Assembly (NCBI GenBank): GCA_949282135.1
Contig: CASDOR010000001.1
Location: 2,730 to 66,729, forward strand
Length of the DNA: 64,000 nucleotides
Source of the DNA: an uncultured Christensenella sp.
Lineage (GTDB): Bacteria > Bacillota > Clostridia > Christensenellales > UBA1242
Direction of reading: 5' to 3'
Shown here: positions 59,301 to 60,993 of the stretch, one piece after another
How positions within the stretch are numbered: the stretch's first letter is position 1
Layout of the letters: each line of letters starts with the position of its first letter
Notes under the pieces: generated by a model
What the model was told of the DNA's origin: nothing
The model's database searches: none
What the model saw: only the letters and a program-made list of their open reading frames with translations
Position numbers and translations under genes: made by a program

Positions 59301-59925
59301 GGCTGCCGGCAATACAGTTTTAAGACTAGGCAGTGTTTCAGAAAGAAAAAATCCAGTTAATATTGGTGGAACTAATTACTATAATATTGCTTATTATTTA
59401 AAGACTGGTTCGTGGTCATACTCAACACTTGCAAGCATTTCTGGCGACTTGTATTTTGAAAAGTATACTGAATTTTATACTTCTAATATTAGCGATAATG
59501 GTATAAATGCAGACTTTGTTAATTACTATCCAAGAGACTACCTGATTAATTGGAGTAGAAATCATGCTTATGTATTACGCGCAACCTGTACTCATAGTTA
59601 TACAACAGGCGCGCTTTGGTGGAAAAAACGCCACTATTGTAGGACTGCTTATTCAAGTAAGAGTAACCCAATAACGACTATTATATGCCAAGGTAATATA
59701 GAAGATACTACAAACATGATTGTTATGGGGCATGAAAAAAGAAGTGGAAATCATAGTGGAGGCTGGTGGAATAATCTTTGGGGTAATTCATCATCAAAGG
59801 ATCATGATTACTATTTCTCATACTCGCCAACTATAGCAAAATGGGCTGCAGGAGGTTCAATTAGAGATCATTATGAGAATAGATATATTAATGTAAAAGC
59901 TAAGTCGACAGATACAATTAACTAG
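26359..59925 (+). CDS. Giant (11,188 aa) type II membrane-anchored surface protein: InlB B-repeats (Flg_new), PMP-like beta-helix repeats and BspA LRR
   Basis: Single uninterrupted ORF with AAGGAGG RBS; one TM at ~27370-27445; about 45 FxGW...LYAxW repeats by eye; many NxA..GGAIY repeats; IGxxAF LRR block at ~47390-48600. Confidence 0.92.
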   Translation: MNNDTPRNNGNKNPNPVKNSVPNMPRGNMPRQGQVPPPNGRRAVPRPMPSNVNRVPSPNGVPRQNIRGPIGPQVPQNRVQRSQAPIRPQTPPVQNRPRPTAQNLNRQMPPRANGMPPQNANIRPQVLNRQNINNVPPVQAANNVPPRAANPNMPRADVFENSKQVVSPQILTTNNMSGANLNAESKQRTDNITQNSVNTQESVNLPPRKEEATLQAKEVLENERVNSSSEPVASETIVSNSDEQNIEAYSEEKLENVASQEENAENDKNEVYAESEDAVDSEIEEESQSNESNERSDETSAVDTSSAPAEVVEFSSEKSKKERRIKNQKNKGRSRKKVIGILVAVFVGVIALAGLLYGLSLGNRTYRISFVTGPFEEMEPLTFKDGEFPSVSDLDDIMSLDEEPKPLVEFTGWYLDKDRTIEYRPKALHEDLTLYAGYELGTVTTEFYMINEYDEDGSYIYLSEVETEYYTGEIDFSSLVESITSLDSIYYIAAPNVIGFDPVNFNTQGTKSITIDEYTSFLENYFTISTFTRMDDGSYSVYGVESNIPTPNKDATFYVEFAPNDVSLIFNSNKSSLKDYYDRVGEGSEDFVDSTTTTTVKYGEEYILPSYATISGGVFGEYPEYHSPYGWSIDPDMPIEEGNQNLIYEESDTIKIDKDFLNNQTSIELFALWIEGMTPLVIYTELDDGGPMLETSISVGLSRPLEDWAFDFMDDLNKEGYALLGFNTESDLSGEVVSFEDSINGSVNTPGYDEERGAIVLYAVYKKIVNETMFYVYDDVIDRAQIDELSLNISNFNINLNLGHEKYVYNGEMVLTVHKTGNVIDYITISNLLEGASFTLPNFLRENYTLAGYQNATSNKSVRTNETFTIESRDIDGTSNVILNMIWQGDDYVFVVNNYEGEDGVWQNREISVPYGSTLRFVSSTSNYPDNATTVSIQIYNESTGQMVTGGNFSFVRTGYDFVNWHKYDGENVGDAIDSSFLSSFKVNREFNQISAKWTKKEYTVTFKLAGGNITSGSGLEDVGGNIVIENIEYGDTQSLISNLIERSGYYLSGWALSDVIGAPVVYEYDETEFVVENNTTLFAVWQEAYTITLYLDASRQNYATIAVDRDNKFTINGDELGGYTFTRFNASDIGVGQEIVIVENEDEIIESANTEYFVKGVETDYPFNTSTSFFAMWFGVEFLNGEDENNVVDDNAPNGFYVSYGSTFTLPQNTFTPSVYYEFDNWLYNGSPCLSYFTVGTENGLSMSSGVVGSTLSFTASWALKEIRIDLYSDETSDGSFTSEYVSGNEFIISSKNENLPFKVSHEIDYILDSNDDTSRLAYFINENNEFVITIPDITDESVKQESGEFYYELFTVWKKTLTLNANTGTSSRTQRYYAGVTYDKETYLENVVPVDVLSEVSFTLPTVGGESGVDFINPHMDFVYWAEQSNGSGETYLGEQDIVLTEDKTLYAIWVETQYTLQIVDETGINETLSFSGLTYGKSGILSNIFSEVNDLTTTDLDEINGYYVNLKRFVYTYNDNPSRYFGFNDLFELLNTDENGAFYEEDLEDDNTIILECVWEEKTYELVVNLDGGRLRDGVTYDEYDIASNTFIYEVKYSEINSSATGLELLYDGLIKSGYRFNGFAVEDEEFSQVTSISGRYYYSLIKDADALEAKNGDSITVVWQEIFTLTFDGNGGSVSNFETESEDVTHDEAHFVIPSDISASYPQTAQFMGWWYTNSVDGENGILANKNKLLQNGDSVIITRDIMNTYGDIVTNTVTLYAVWQVNIRFRTETIVLGEQVSVMGYYTPESEDMIEMQGNYYYFEVPFFVGQEVRASDLEGYMFVLATLKGERIDYFETSGWIYNENIVQNFTVTSPIILVAEWVTTTFRIYLKDYNGSDFNIEGTLVEVYAEVSTQDGSLDPDKAFSDFMQANNFSQTRPNLFGYTFIGWRLTSGSNPVASSEADIFSSTNHYSPLTRSLDLYASYRAENVRVVYDTGNDNAETGQDGIIVDYQVPYGSQYKVRSDIEYTLDYHNLSGWTVEGEAGTITYDAGQNIPVTTGVERDISGDTVTYTLTLRANWTRVTKTIQISLDGGEFDNNGENDNLEPFYVVYEGDGEYTPEMGSSYVLNYTTEAGVLYVTVLVGEGYKFKLPTREYMLRDSYQIGNYMTFSGSQFVAGNDYDSVDGNAVILNTNWLEELTIRVYANRNGEYDDSEPIIIDNLLYNDSIRFYVEEDVAYIGSYNSQNMVPITFERDGYFLSGYSSVSDPESTTIEINYDLTIQSTLSFNEENFDLDLNSRRYVDLYCQWEGELVSVALKTNDTDGEIIETDIEVRYGERVNISDYFLGDEYAEEGYTFSHFVDKVGTSYDSENYFFTPLPGNADEEDVVIDNDTQDVRDRFILTAVWEGKEYNLTINFAETTFTGRFNGQDYVNATSITIPVQYDSVDPEPVDLSSFSGANFVHTIDQNRERKLYIASGFTSSVDGDVVTNSFTMPACDVVLTLRWISENFTLIFDVDGSLIAGEDGVVYTGAEFNEADLGENMMLDESGNLILLNNKIGDNIDFSLLPAATLEGNNYSFSYLIDYYLALGNRYDGETRNYMTASIFNLNIYNGEGIISNIDKMWSDTYDSFVYYFSLDWGGLQYIVHYENQLPSTSNKYEANATGVLVGTCADETHAYGVISTLSSGFDLTGWSQTGWSTESNVELQTDENTIEFVLYEEENEDGSIDTVYGPKPKAYNLVTSGEDGQIVTLYPVWEQNEYSVVFVDELGNNSLSGENLKFKYDSILKLSSLYTGEIEKKTFSEYYYNFIGWKLANSSRVFSMEDEILFSTSAGGILTSADLGAEEGVTFNASWEEEEYTIRLKLGEGKYSSRTNDFEYIYDATTNTRDIVYQIPYSIIENGVDLKEYMGLDDSLISKNDFTFAGWSLLADTSRLDFFKGEKVEYVVSDVETTLKDKNFEFVFYAMYNEYLVTLDGNGGTKLSSLGDSYSHEDSVNNYTYNWVLEDNAFYLYTYLNASFDLPEVLLNGFEKDRYHILNTADSNTIIVTENIVKSISWEGNYRLIVLDKDGEGSINLNNFSFSDSTLLGAEYRIVEISSPDEFLSHPGKLYVYVYNEEETLDNKFVFASSYNEGETYFEKVSDSGHIYIAARNGDTISDISEITLTTERNFLGWVDENANYSTKNLIVDVSDDEVIYLRASFDSPYVYFELNGGIYQNENYIKPLQDEKPENGVYTVTLPSDYVGPAGVGPFKFGYTFIGWSDEYMTYDEIMGEENSQTVLDNLYKHNDEYSITDGRSKTLFAIWQPREITFVFDAKTSEGDSTSLEGLPTASVNARYDENLVLLDRTNEVVSKWTYSGHAFGHWIIDGVEYAQGETLSVSSLCEGYESVPTQIEIYSVWIKDSITIRINLGNDNTARYIGDEEGYELIRESGNTYLILETTLSSGEQYTFLDLGNMYRFGMSAVSYSDSNGTPYQSGSKVTISESMIEEINGEDVITFTVNWANAQAYIRNFYGENTNVHKFYDTLENAFLDLSAEELNSRDSIEVVILRGSTFYFSNTININAKNVTISFDNSATNNVVFRRDSSFSGNIFAVGQGASLTFSELSLYTITFDGAERVGDSFISVNGGILELNNVIFVDNISNNNGGAIRLSNNATLTANNVTFENNAVSSENASAYGGAIYIEGNSNVSLTSASFTNNSVLGLGARGGAIYQNGGILSISDSMFTENSAESSTSSNSFGGAIYTTLTEVSISGDLEITSENKVLTSVFLNNTASSGGAIYIGSSANNSIAGVEFQSNTATNGNGGTIYLSSASTKISSCNFTGSVSSQNGGTIYASEESESVLTINMVTISDSVATNGSGGGIYAECSIDSNYLIISDSSANADTGLGGGIYLGCLSSVISNTAVFKYILLDNNSSFNGGGIYINENIEVTIDTTDVWEVIGLDEFGRDKYAWVRYYPEISNNIASSGSGIYYNSSLNSTINEISIFGNSPSGARESYNENNRGGGIYFAKGLLTISSSQIYNNTSYYGGGIYLHGDNSEEDGYLASLTLNDTYISDDGIINYAVNEDGEEYISNYTQSYAGNTAYYGAGLYIARRSNVEFTSGKIMGGYAYTSAATIYNEGRVNLGDVMMGQNSSNDRVTIYNMGQFIISGNALFASGERIYIETIGEGNVENNTFRYIEITNENYLNDYRIINIENGVEVEDEAQANTGITLMFDEENFAIGKDIVKFINETAFNNYVANNETSIMFGIENTQEFLLTQEGEPRFSLTINYSKHNFFFRDVSLDQIDFMNYDETLTFTYNSSFSEADLENINSILSDSRTGYTQIGWVCYISKNDEGELFYGGELNQNTLEIYDYLNDDESNPYRDSFAWVNTLFEEGFVYGHYDMYLYAVWEPNSYDIEYKYDKDDYLFNGEALTNDNLDTVTLPAPDGLGYLSEIRYNKTLKLPTADEINGYKVVNAETGVLFGWEYEFVNNSGNNANMYPEQIRFMDESKKEEQVIDLKFVDGYYTFTYEETLGGVINYRLEQVYRPDNYVFSHYLINNISYEGGKSFTINANTIDTNSSIVITLVFERMSTNVVINLGKGEYLFTSGLDSSLNEDSSTTDGEAVIILDGNVGEEMNLPTDRDSTQYVVNDGNSTYYDYYYVYNPGYALIGYASTEDASEVEFYADMPFVVTPSASGNVYLYAIWQEAVCYVESGIIVNNKTFDLYFSSLEDAVSYANASLGNDTIVMIESVYLSSPIEITSSITITSEDNGVVIGLSDDFSTSDPMFTIVNSTNQSERVSVVFGSSEYTTVTENTPSLTLTTCNEEGIKNTNRTVSLLVIENGNSVVINANIILTSSNLSTSSGNAGEYGGAITVSGELEINGATFTSNSALNGGAILVKTNANVTINGGYFGLEGEGNENMASNGGAIYQSGGKLTINGAIFRNNNATNGGAIYYKDGEFIIPDSEKEINTGDVLFASNIANNTGGAIYVEELTSQSSLIFENVSFDKNTASSGGAIYSLGYLNLVNCSFSTNSATNGGAIFFGRDLSLAQGLTESELMNLQQLIIQGGRFTNNSAYSLGGAIYTTYTTINISRNSDSTSNVVFTGNSAQSSSSSGNVYGGAVYLNASSGNFANVDFSYNYTATQTNNRDTLGGALYVSGGSLRIDSSTFTSNGVMESGSRTRTQNGGAIYILSSNLEIYSSSFSQNKATKNGGAIFASGTAMALSDTMTNVGELIFNENTAGGAGGALYIINNSSLVINTKTSEENLSLTNNSAGTYGGAIYFGSTAIQSSTIANCTISLNSASNGTNIYVNSGTLSLSEITMDSGIEEDVLIYIANLGRLDLNGTEILGIIYVDSTAESSFGRLSMSGTSYVKDIYLSQYSYVSIAGTTLSSSRYASGETTNIIVFGAREELINVTNLNNAKDLVVFTYANYAAECEDYFVLGGLYTQKFDASISLEDYASSRLGGYTIYRYTTSLKVVKRADSIQIDPNGGVLTYRGEEHKEAFIVEVGEEYTTLSFLSEIEGFLMGYTLSGSYRSGNEIYTADSEIPILFTTITAQWTKKDFIVASVSSVLSLGSYNESITMGGSQVKGFNTIGRQYYTFDHYYLAYLDVNQELQERPDITFYPNSVEKVNFSFTYLTEDIYKAIDASGLSASNYANPTVFLVSVFTRNTVTVNINGNGGVAQEKEDALHNRQVSEDGTTVTYTYYQDELSLSLTYFMNDFGMTGHAIRDLNLTVYNDVEVIASNPRQGINTYPSIENATRVEIICNWYEVIAYVSRTENTKETITYFGKEEDSDTLEDILNRLMNFIRSDDEIVFVVENLTLEAPITINERVTISANNNVVFRRSLALRDSMLIVGSKGNVTFADSENIITFNAETSYPIAYSTIEVENGGILTLGTSVEVINSNTSANGAGIHSRGTLTIDGATISNNKTSSYGGGIYSCGYLIIVSGTISNNSATRGGGVYVESETITSGSSSISRGGTFTMSGGNITYNDAQFGAGLYFIGRGSETSTITGGSISYGNANYSTPATAPQNAKYGGGIYLSNNCGKLEIGGSATINNNRVDYGGGIYCEGNNETNAEFNVLLISGGEITSNTAYSYGGGICIGDMAQSMNKHVVEMTAGEIYNNFATSGAGVSVFRGRLTVSGENVVIENNALLGDSGYGTNLYIYSSSIDNNGIVDLSSGTIGSEDNVGTIYIDAGSLGNGKLNLSGNINIYSTMVLVNNNLTGENTLIDIVGELDENIRIITLEPTLFPDADEKEVEYPLIRFANSLDASDEKFIMTDNTDYRLKVVNQYIVLTPAYFTLTFDANGGELSTEADLNFIIENEMWIFDVHFGDSLNDIISNIVASIDNRKFLFWSISGGEYDGTRLDTDSTMPYDDILVIANWSDPYYYLTIDFNDTKNPLSVSAEFDEEGLGSNGVYYEEYSQVTLEVFIDSGNTTYGKDAINLVANLLSRQGYELTSFSPSQLLDGHIKYSVDGTGFMMPEDNVILYAIWTPTNYTITYNSSMQINGIVQEISEEVSLDEAVLLDEAFTIDGYTLTGWSYGENEFNFGDRVTNLPKVLGIDIEGEESVNITLTANWTRDSYIIKFDANREEYSVSSPEDVEDITALVNESYELPGEVFYADGYILVGFSLDKNTHYTDSENIFELSSNVTNLARSGEVTLYGVWRPNNYIIELNDSNGSSIVIDTPYTYDEVGLLPRMYAEDDLSQSNILLGLTPRQNYYFAGWTETRNSTEVMYLDGAEVFNLTNQNRFTLYAVWLEYNVVVNSNDGNNDSFGLLADENKRVTLNVSDLELFDNPGYAPVGISFTSSGSGDVYEFVEGVVTFTLPNRVEGRDFNVYVVWERVNYTVEFVLNSEVISEITASIGEEITPYTSSGVVGYSVMEESITLDITLENFVLTRDLISKIRNYQDISSGIIRLYAVMDTTYTITYDLNSNGHQVLLNGEVITNDDLNVSNEFSSTDNVTLKFDNYEIADANYESTTSRYAYFLGWSLTSGSRTPDYDSNSTTVQFGSDVTLYAVWEYYTNPFYFEYVENENGLTIVGFSSLGINNFRGTTLILPKHNYTLSGSLLLEGEKVTQIGQFNSSDATNGVEILDLGLVDGLEDILDLAFVNFSELTSVLGVKGDITIGNGAFGAPSITEIGFNNLDSSKYVLDEMGNIYEVRGGELSLHTLLATNTQNINYTVSNEVNGMTVSSISTYAMYNAGFVSLTVEDNITVIEMGAFEGITDSLVSLTLSFIGESLNSNTNLGYVFNGANNAPTSMKEVIVTSLNSVPEGAFKDFSYIERVYFENATITTIGAEAFYNCTNLKLLGEENEIDLQRVVTIGDRAFYNCKSLPESITFTSARTIGNEAFSQTNITFVELTNNVVSLGISESGDSNTAFMNNENLLGARVYSEIALKAVIKNTGIVKGLTDNDSYIYTNMEFYNEIERLCSGNSPKDYLEYNIIVEDRFELFDPNNNSRGVYNSLQEAINNAESNYTILIKGNYVLTATIEINKPVNIVAGASSNSSNTAITLSRHESLTDYAFVISSIGVKIGGDFNLRDYNALPLHLAGNGVESLSLIYVDKGELTLGSQLEVYNNYSNLGAVVRLSADGGEVNVEGGKYYDNVVSGSGVETANGGVFYLDEESRLNITGGEFYNNSAVRGGVIYSRGQSIINIDATQSSEIKMYNNSATNGGVLYIASTILDEEYANYIGNASIFNNLLTNVSSSGGAVYIANGMLSIGNEARIYSNYAVNGGGVYVGNGILAIYNGVIGGNATGNRAVNGGGVYIGDNGIIRLSSSQAEVSYNSASSGANIYFASTYNVSGKVSILSSGSIIGGNKTSATSSNPSNISSLKGGGIFIKSGNLEIKDEVVVTNNVAGFGGGIYIEGGMLTLRNNRNTSNSYGIISNSALNGGGIYVKNGRVDVLASAILTNTSSQNGGGIYLEDGEVKVYDTSKNSSIISGNTSTLNGGGIYCVGGELNVYVVNGNVSQISSNSAYDGAGIYLGGGETNLRGIIISNNTARNSGGGIYTYNINQNNSYSYELYDNVNISNNTALNGGGIYVNSILDIIEATITENTAGLQGNDTQNGFGGALYVGGSAVLTLEKANISGNFSTHVASGDIKTNSSIEGVIYNNFAGIYLSSSVSRTLRISNESTIRDIVYLVQDATIYITDRATNDMKNSDDYSIPLYLESSVGFGEYILVGEYDNELDADIEKFIGEDMVFTKRGANIYATQSSVYNATTGKYYASIKDAVNQSPDGQKVLLVLVNTDQVINEDTMVTIPANKDITIIGESSEDESIITRKIVREQDEDGNNAYLGYLFIVYGRLSFNISSEDEGEFADLDYDISNRPIIVDGGKTNGGYVENANSLIYIGGVGTSVYEEGKDGLVVINSNAEFVNNKASNTTALSITNPTDGITIDRVANPSYGGAVYVNGGSFIMNGGRIRGNEATRGGAIYIATGEARINSGLIGSKNSVEDKTQYNSAEDGGAIYVFGGICYVGRDVLVNEDERANINGNEATRNGGGIYISSYGNLYMQYGIVNYNKAINGGGLYVASVSDNIQNLEVSGVIVNGSILSNNTASLSGGGVYVESGLFETYMFETIYTTIQNNTASENGGGVYVGSTGFIKLTETEIVSNTASENGGGIYYNGMDHSSSQFIASYGDSFEDMNAGEYISSLTSDNRISTLNGSFIGVNALGDEGGNSAENGGNIYLAAGSLHVISSTISNGTSSIGAGIYAGGSSDLRVYNGSISNNISTDNGAGLYVTNFSTRIYGATITNNESANYGGGIYFNSGALDLRAYEATLTQVSSNRAERHGAGIYLGMLSGATNYYVTIKDTTISSNTSVNGLGGGIYENGAILELVDEVTIENNNAISDGQGLYHATGVLAIYGSNRIDNKGSIAVNANMDDNLPDGQSFVNLKEFTNLFILAGDVENIEDEIYLATRLAYITVVDDDDTNSIYSSGLGTATLKINLDSQTGTNFSVGGQVIRFMNPNNKDEVLSYFNLPISSGMLLWYSLRSDNTNWFVLEYQYFQEIEDGGNIVRVSATFEDALAHVTDGNVIIVNMNSANDYTLVLDDTIEIGTTDESGMVTNMNVTITARYLGTRIVRGSEFTGAMFRVQAGSSLFIGYNTEFNYGSDFTSTSSTLTLTGNSDSSSTIIQNYGTFTLGACGSLTGENSTSNGSAIANLGEGIVNIEGGSIYSNVSRIEEIEGSEEADALGGNGGAIFVSRGTTLNISGGYIYGNSAVNGGAIYLSNGATLNVTGGQIGINTQDQAAGNLAENGGAIYSNGANVNITGGQISYNTASVNGGGIYATYYVTSSAEGNDMYVYSNVILGEENEDSIKNINISFNSSSQNGGGIYILSRMENSEETSITIYSQTRIRDNSALNGAGVYIDGEYINDDIDYTNSVAIRGGIIDGNTATNAGGGIYARNSIINMFYGKIGDVTFYNSASLGGGLYLENSNAEILSSGFNTTTDISGNRAVIKDGENGNGGGIFVDNHSRVIINSANVNIEDNAAENNGGGIYMYQYDIGDEDDEDYGSVGTVEIIEGFIADNVANGEGDGIFVNGDGKLILQRKDDRSALLAEGLRIVDEIYLNHLLLKDKTEENDKQVSRIRVNAGFDGSLNSQVNIKTPYPATDIDIIVGYYFVQGQAIEDAYLVPDIFIGVDENAQEYIFVMGVTNTGGKYEILTGERNVARVTGNITRYYSRINDAVVTSQLGTLNSIYLLKDFEFSEGGVIHSISGLDDQNQMIIEFYAGIYENNEVREDTLSRRTITRTGTGTLFSIGNYARVSFNNIDFESNLSRGNALIDSRGNEIALRNVDFSNIAILNGAVLLISGASVINIDNVKFNGCISKEYSILRLENSATGNGKINNLTIDGTTDDFSVKNGAINIDDCSLIEMSNVEINNIKSSGNGAGFYITDSAVTIDTVTLSNNEASINGGAIYVMGGSKDTALSLTSATLTNNSAGSNGGAIYVNNADLNFGSSTINNANATNGGGMYITSTATVNVIGNSTIMNATASNNGGAVYLSGVLNVDNNLQLTSNHAKNGAGLYSDSNKLNVAGSLVISGNEATSGGGIYYIGTEELSLNQTTSIVSNTATNGGGIYVDNTSISLSGASSGNKMIIGGSGAGNTATSAGGGIYLNGSSYLRVENANVEVSYNSAARGGGIYYNYSYVDSVYNASETAQKEKYDNISISNLTISNNTATSNGGGIYINITKQRVTLTLFTVNINDNKASVGGGGIYLGNGKTVIKYSSRVNTNSAQEGAGIYLLGETTLGIQNTEISNNGNIATTTNFGGGIFVNNAVLQLLQSETLSNGVNTTSITSNKASNGAGICVTNNGTIEMSSGGDSNITEISGNTASGNGSSTGFGGGIYINNSVVKVNSGRISGNKAVVGGGVYITSYGSALFELNGGSVYSNRASDGAGLYLISKNSTHIVNATIKGSVTGNTATSRGGGITMRGSACTLTLNSNLSGNSSNDQAGGLYYEGGTITSSNTTITIRENTAKKGGGVVFAKSPTFGSKKSVVITENTATEQGGGVYIPVGGVTITNITITSNHAKYGGGLANVGSNLILNNVKITDNKNQSSSENPPPILQGGGVYNSGSLVINGNTQITGNIAENGGGLYSTGTTTLSYGTISGNTAATNGGGVYVASGQFSMRNSGSNLAVVGLSTAANTASSASGTYSNKAANGGGVYVNGGIFNFVSGRIYYNYAVSNGGGLFIASGGNMGEGSNAQMTDASLVSYNYATNGGGVYTSKDTMVGGVVSNNTATTNGGGIYFSVAMTKQLLLNVNNNMAGTGAGVYLQTSASSIRGSISNNTASIRGAGVYVSTGTVTIYAKVDANKISIDNKEGAGIYINNATVTISGDVTNNTLNRGRGAGVYIKSGTLTITSVISGNGGATKGGGLYMESGNVTLRGTIKGNNVTATALDTSATPSVVGAGVYINDGTFYIGIIDYWPFLIISRGKIFNNLVINNGCTNLNAYSIEFIETNQDPLPQEYRHRSYITGIYQAAGNTVLRLGSVSERKNPVNIGGTNYYNIAYYLKTGSWSYSTLASISGDLYFEKYTEFYTSNISDNGINADFVNYYPRDYLINWSRNHAYVLRATCTHSYTTGALWWKKRHYCRTAYSSKSNPITTIICQGNIEDTTNMIVMGHEKRSGNHSGGWWNNLWGNSSSKDHDYYFSYSPTIAKWAAGGSIRDHYENRYINVKAKSTDTIN

Positions 59926-59974
59926 GTATAAAAAAATTATTTTATAAAAAGTAATTTTATGCTATAATAAACAT

Positions 59975-60562
59975 ATGGAAGAAAAGATTATAGAAAAATT
60001 GATTGGTGCATTTATGTTTTTACCGGGGGTGGGGTATAAAACTGCACAAAGGTATGCTTATAAAGTGTTATTAGGGGATGAGAATGATGTTAAAAATCTT
60101 GCCCATACAATAATTGAGGCAAAAGAGAAAGTAAGATTTTGTTCTCTTTGTGGTGGTTTTTCTACAACTGACGTTTGCGACAAATGTAGGACTAGAATAA
60201 GCAAAATTATCTGTGTAGTTGAAGAGCCTAAAGATATTGATTACATTGAAAGAGCTAAAAATTGTGAGCTTGTTTATCACGTTCTTCATGGTACTATTAG
60301 TCCTTTAAACAACAGAGGTCCTGAAGACATTAGAATAAAGGAGCTGCTTGAAAGACTTAAAACCGGAGATTACACGGAAGTTATTATTGCAACTAACCCG
60401 AGTGTAGAGGGAGAGGCGACCAGTATGTATATATCTCGCCTCTTAAAACCTCTTGGTATTAAGGTGACGAGACTTGCCCAAGGTATTTCAATGGGAAGTG
60501 ACCTAGAATACACGGATGAGGTAACGTTGTCAAAAGCATTAGAGGCTAGAAAAGAAATCTAA
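59975..60562 (+). CDS. recR: Recombination mediator RecR
   Basis: LPGVGYKTAQR HhH, CxxC...CxxC zinc finger, Toprim (VILATNP-like), GSDLEYTDEVTL. Confidence 0.97.
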   Translation: MEEKIIEKLIGAFMFLPGVGYKTAQRYAYKVLLGDENDVKNLAHTIIEAKEKVRFCSLCGGFSTTDVCDKCRTRISKIICVVEEPKDIDYIERAKNCELVYHVLHGTISPLNNRGPEDIRIKELLERLKTGDYTEVIIATNPSVEGEATSMYISRLLKPLGIKVTRLAQGISMGSDLEYTDEVTLSKALEARKEI

Positions 60563-60775
60563 AAAAGGTTCAAACTTTTTTTAAAAGTAGGGCTTAATTT
60601 ATCTCCTTATATTTTGAATTTTCTCTTAACAAATTTGAGGTTAAAAAGTAGAGGAAGTTAAGATAGTCAATCTTGGACGAAATTCAAGATAAGAGAAATC
60701 ACAAAAGTTGGACAACTTAAAGGAGAGGTTCATATATAGCAAGATTTTTTGTTATTAGTTTTTAGTAAGATAAAA

Positions 60776-60880
60776 GGATGCGGAAAAGCGAGGAAGAGAG
60801 ACTCTTCCATAAAAACCCGAAAGGGTTTTTAAAAAAATTAATGAAATTAATTTTTTTCGCTTTTCCGCGTCTATTTTTTT
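60776..60880. terminator. Four-way-junction stem-loop, probable bidirectional terminator or ncRNA 3' domain
   Basis: 15-bp outer stem (60777-60791/60857-60871) enclosing three hairpins; T-runs on both strands; lies between convergent genes. Confidence 0.6.
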
Positions 60881-60993
60881 GTAATCTAATTTTTTTGTTT
60901 ATTTTTAATGTTTTGCTATAACTAGACTTAAACATAAAAAAGATAAAACTAGACTTTAACGTGTACAGGTATTATATTCTAAAAATAATTAAT

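Noticed and set aside
26359-59925. CRISPR-like or tandem DNA array suggested by recurring ggtggtgcaatttat / aatggtggtgg motifs
   Set aside because: These are in-frame codons for NGGAIY protein repeats with synonymous variation and irregular spacing; no cas genes.
59130-59925. Diversity-generating retroelement variable region at the giant protein tip
   Set aside because: No template repeat differing only at adenines and no reverse transcriptase in the window; cannot be excluded in trans.
59130-60562. CdiA/polymorphic toxin with cognate immunity gene
   Set aside because: The downstream gene is recR, not a small immunity ORF, and no known toxin or processing motif was recognised.
60778-60921. 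47-aa ORF (MRKSEEER...FIFNVLL) as a type I toxin
   Set aside because: It overlaps the hairpins and T-runs that explain its hydrophobic codons, and the strong SD-like sequence is ~50 nt upstream; insufficient support.
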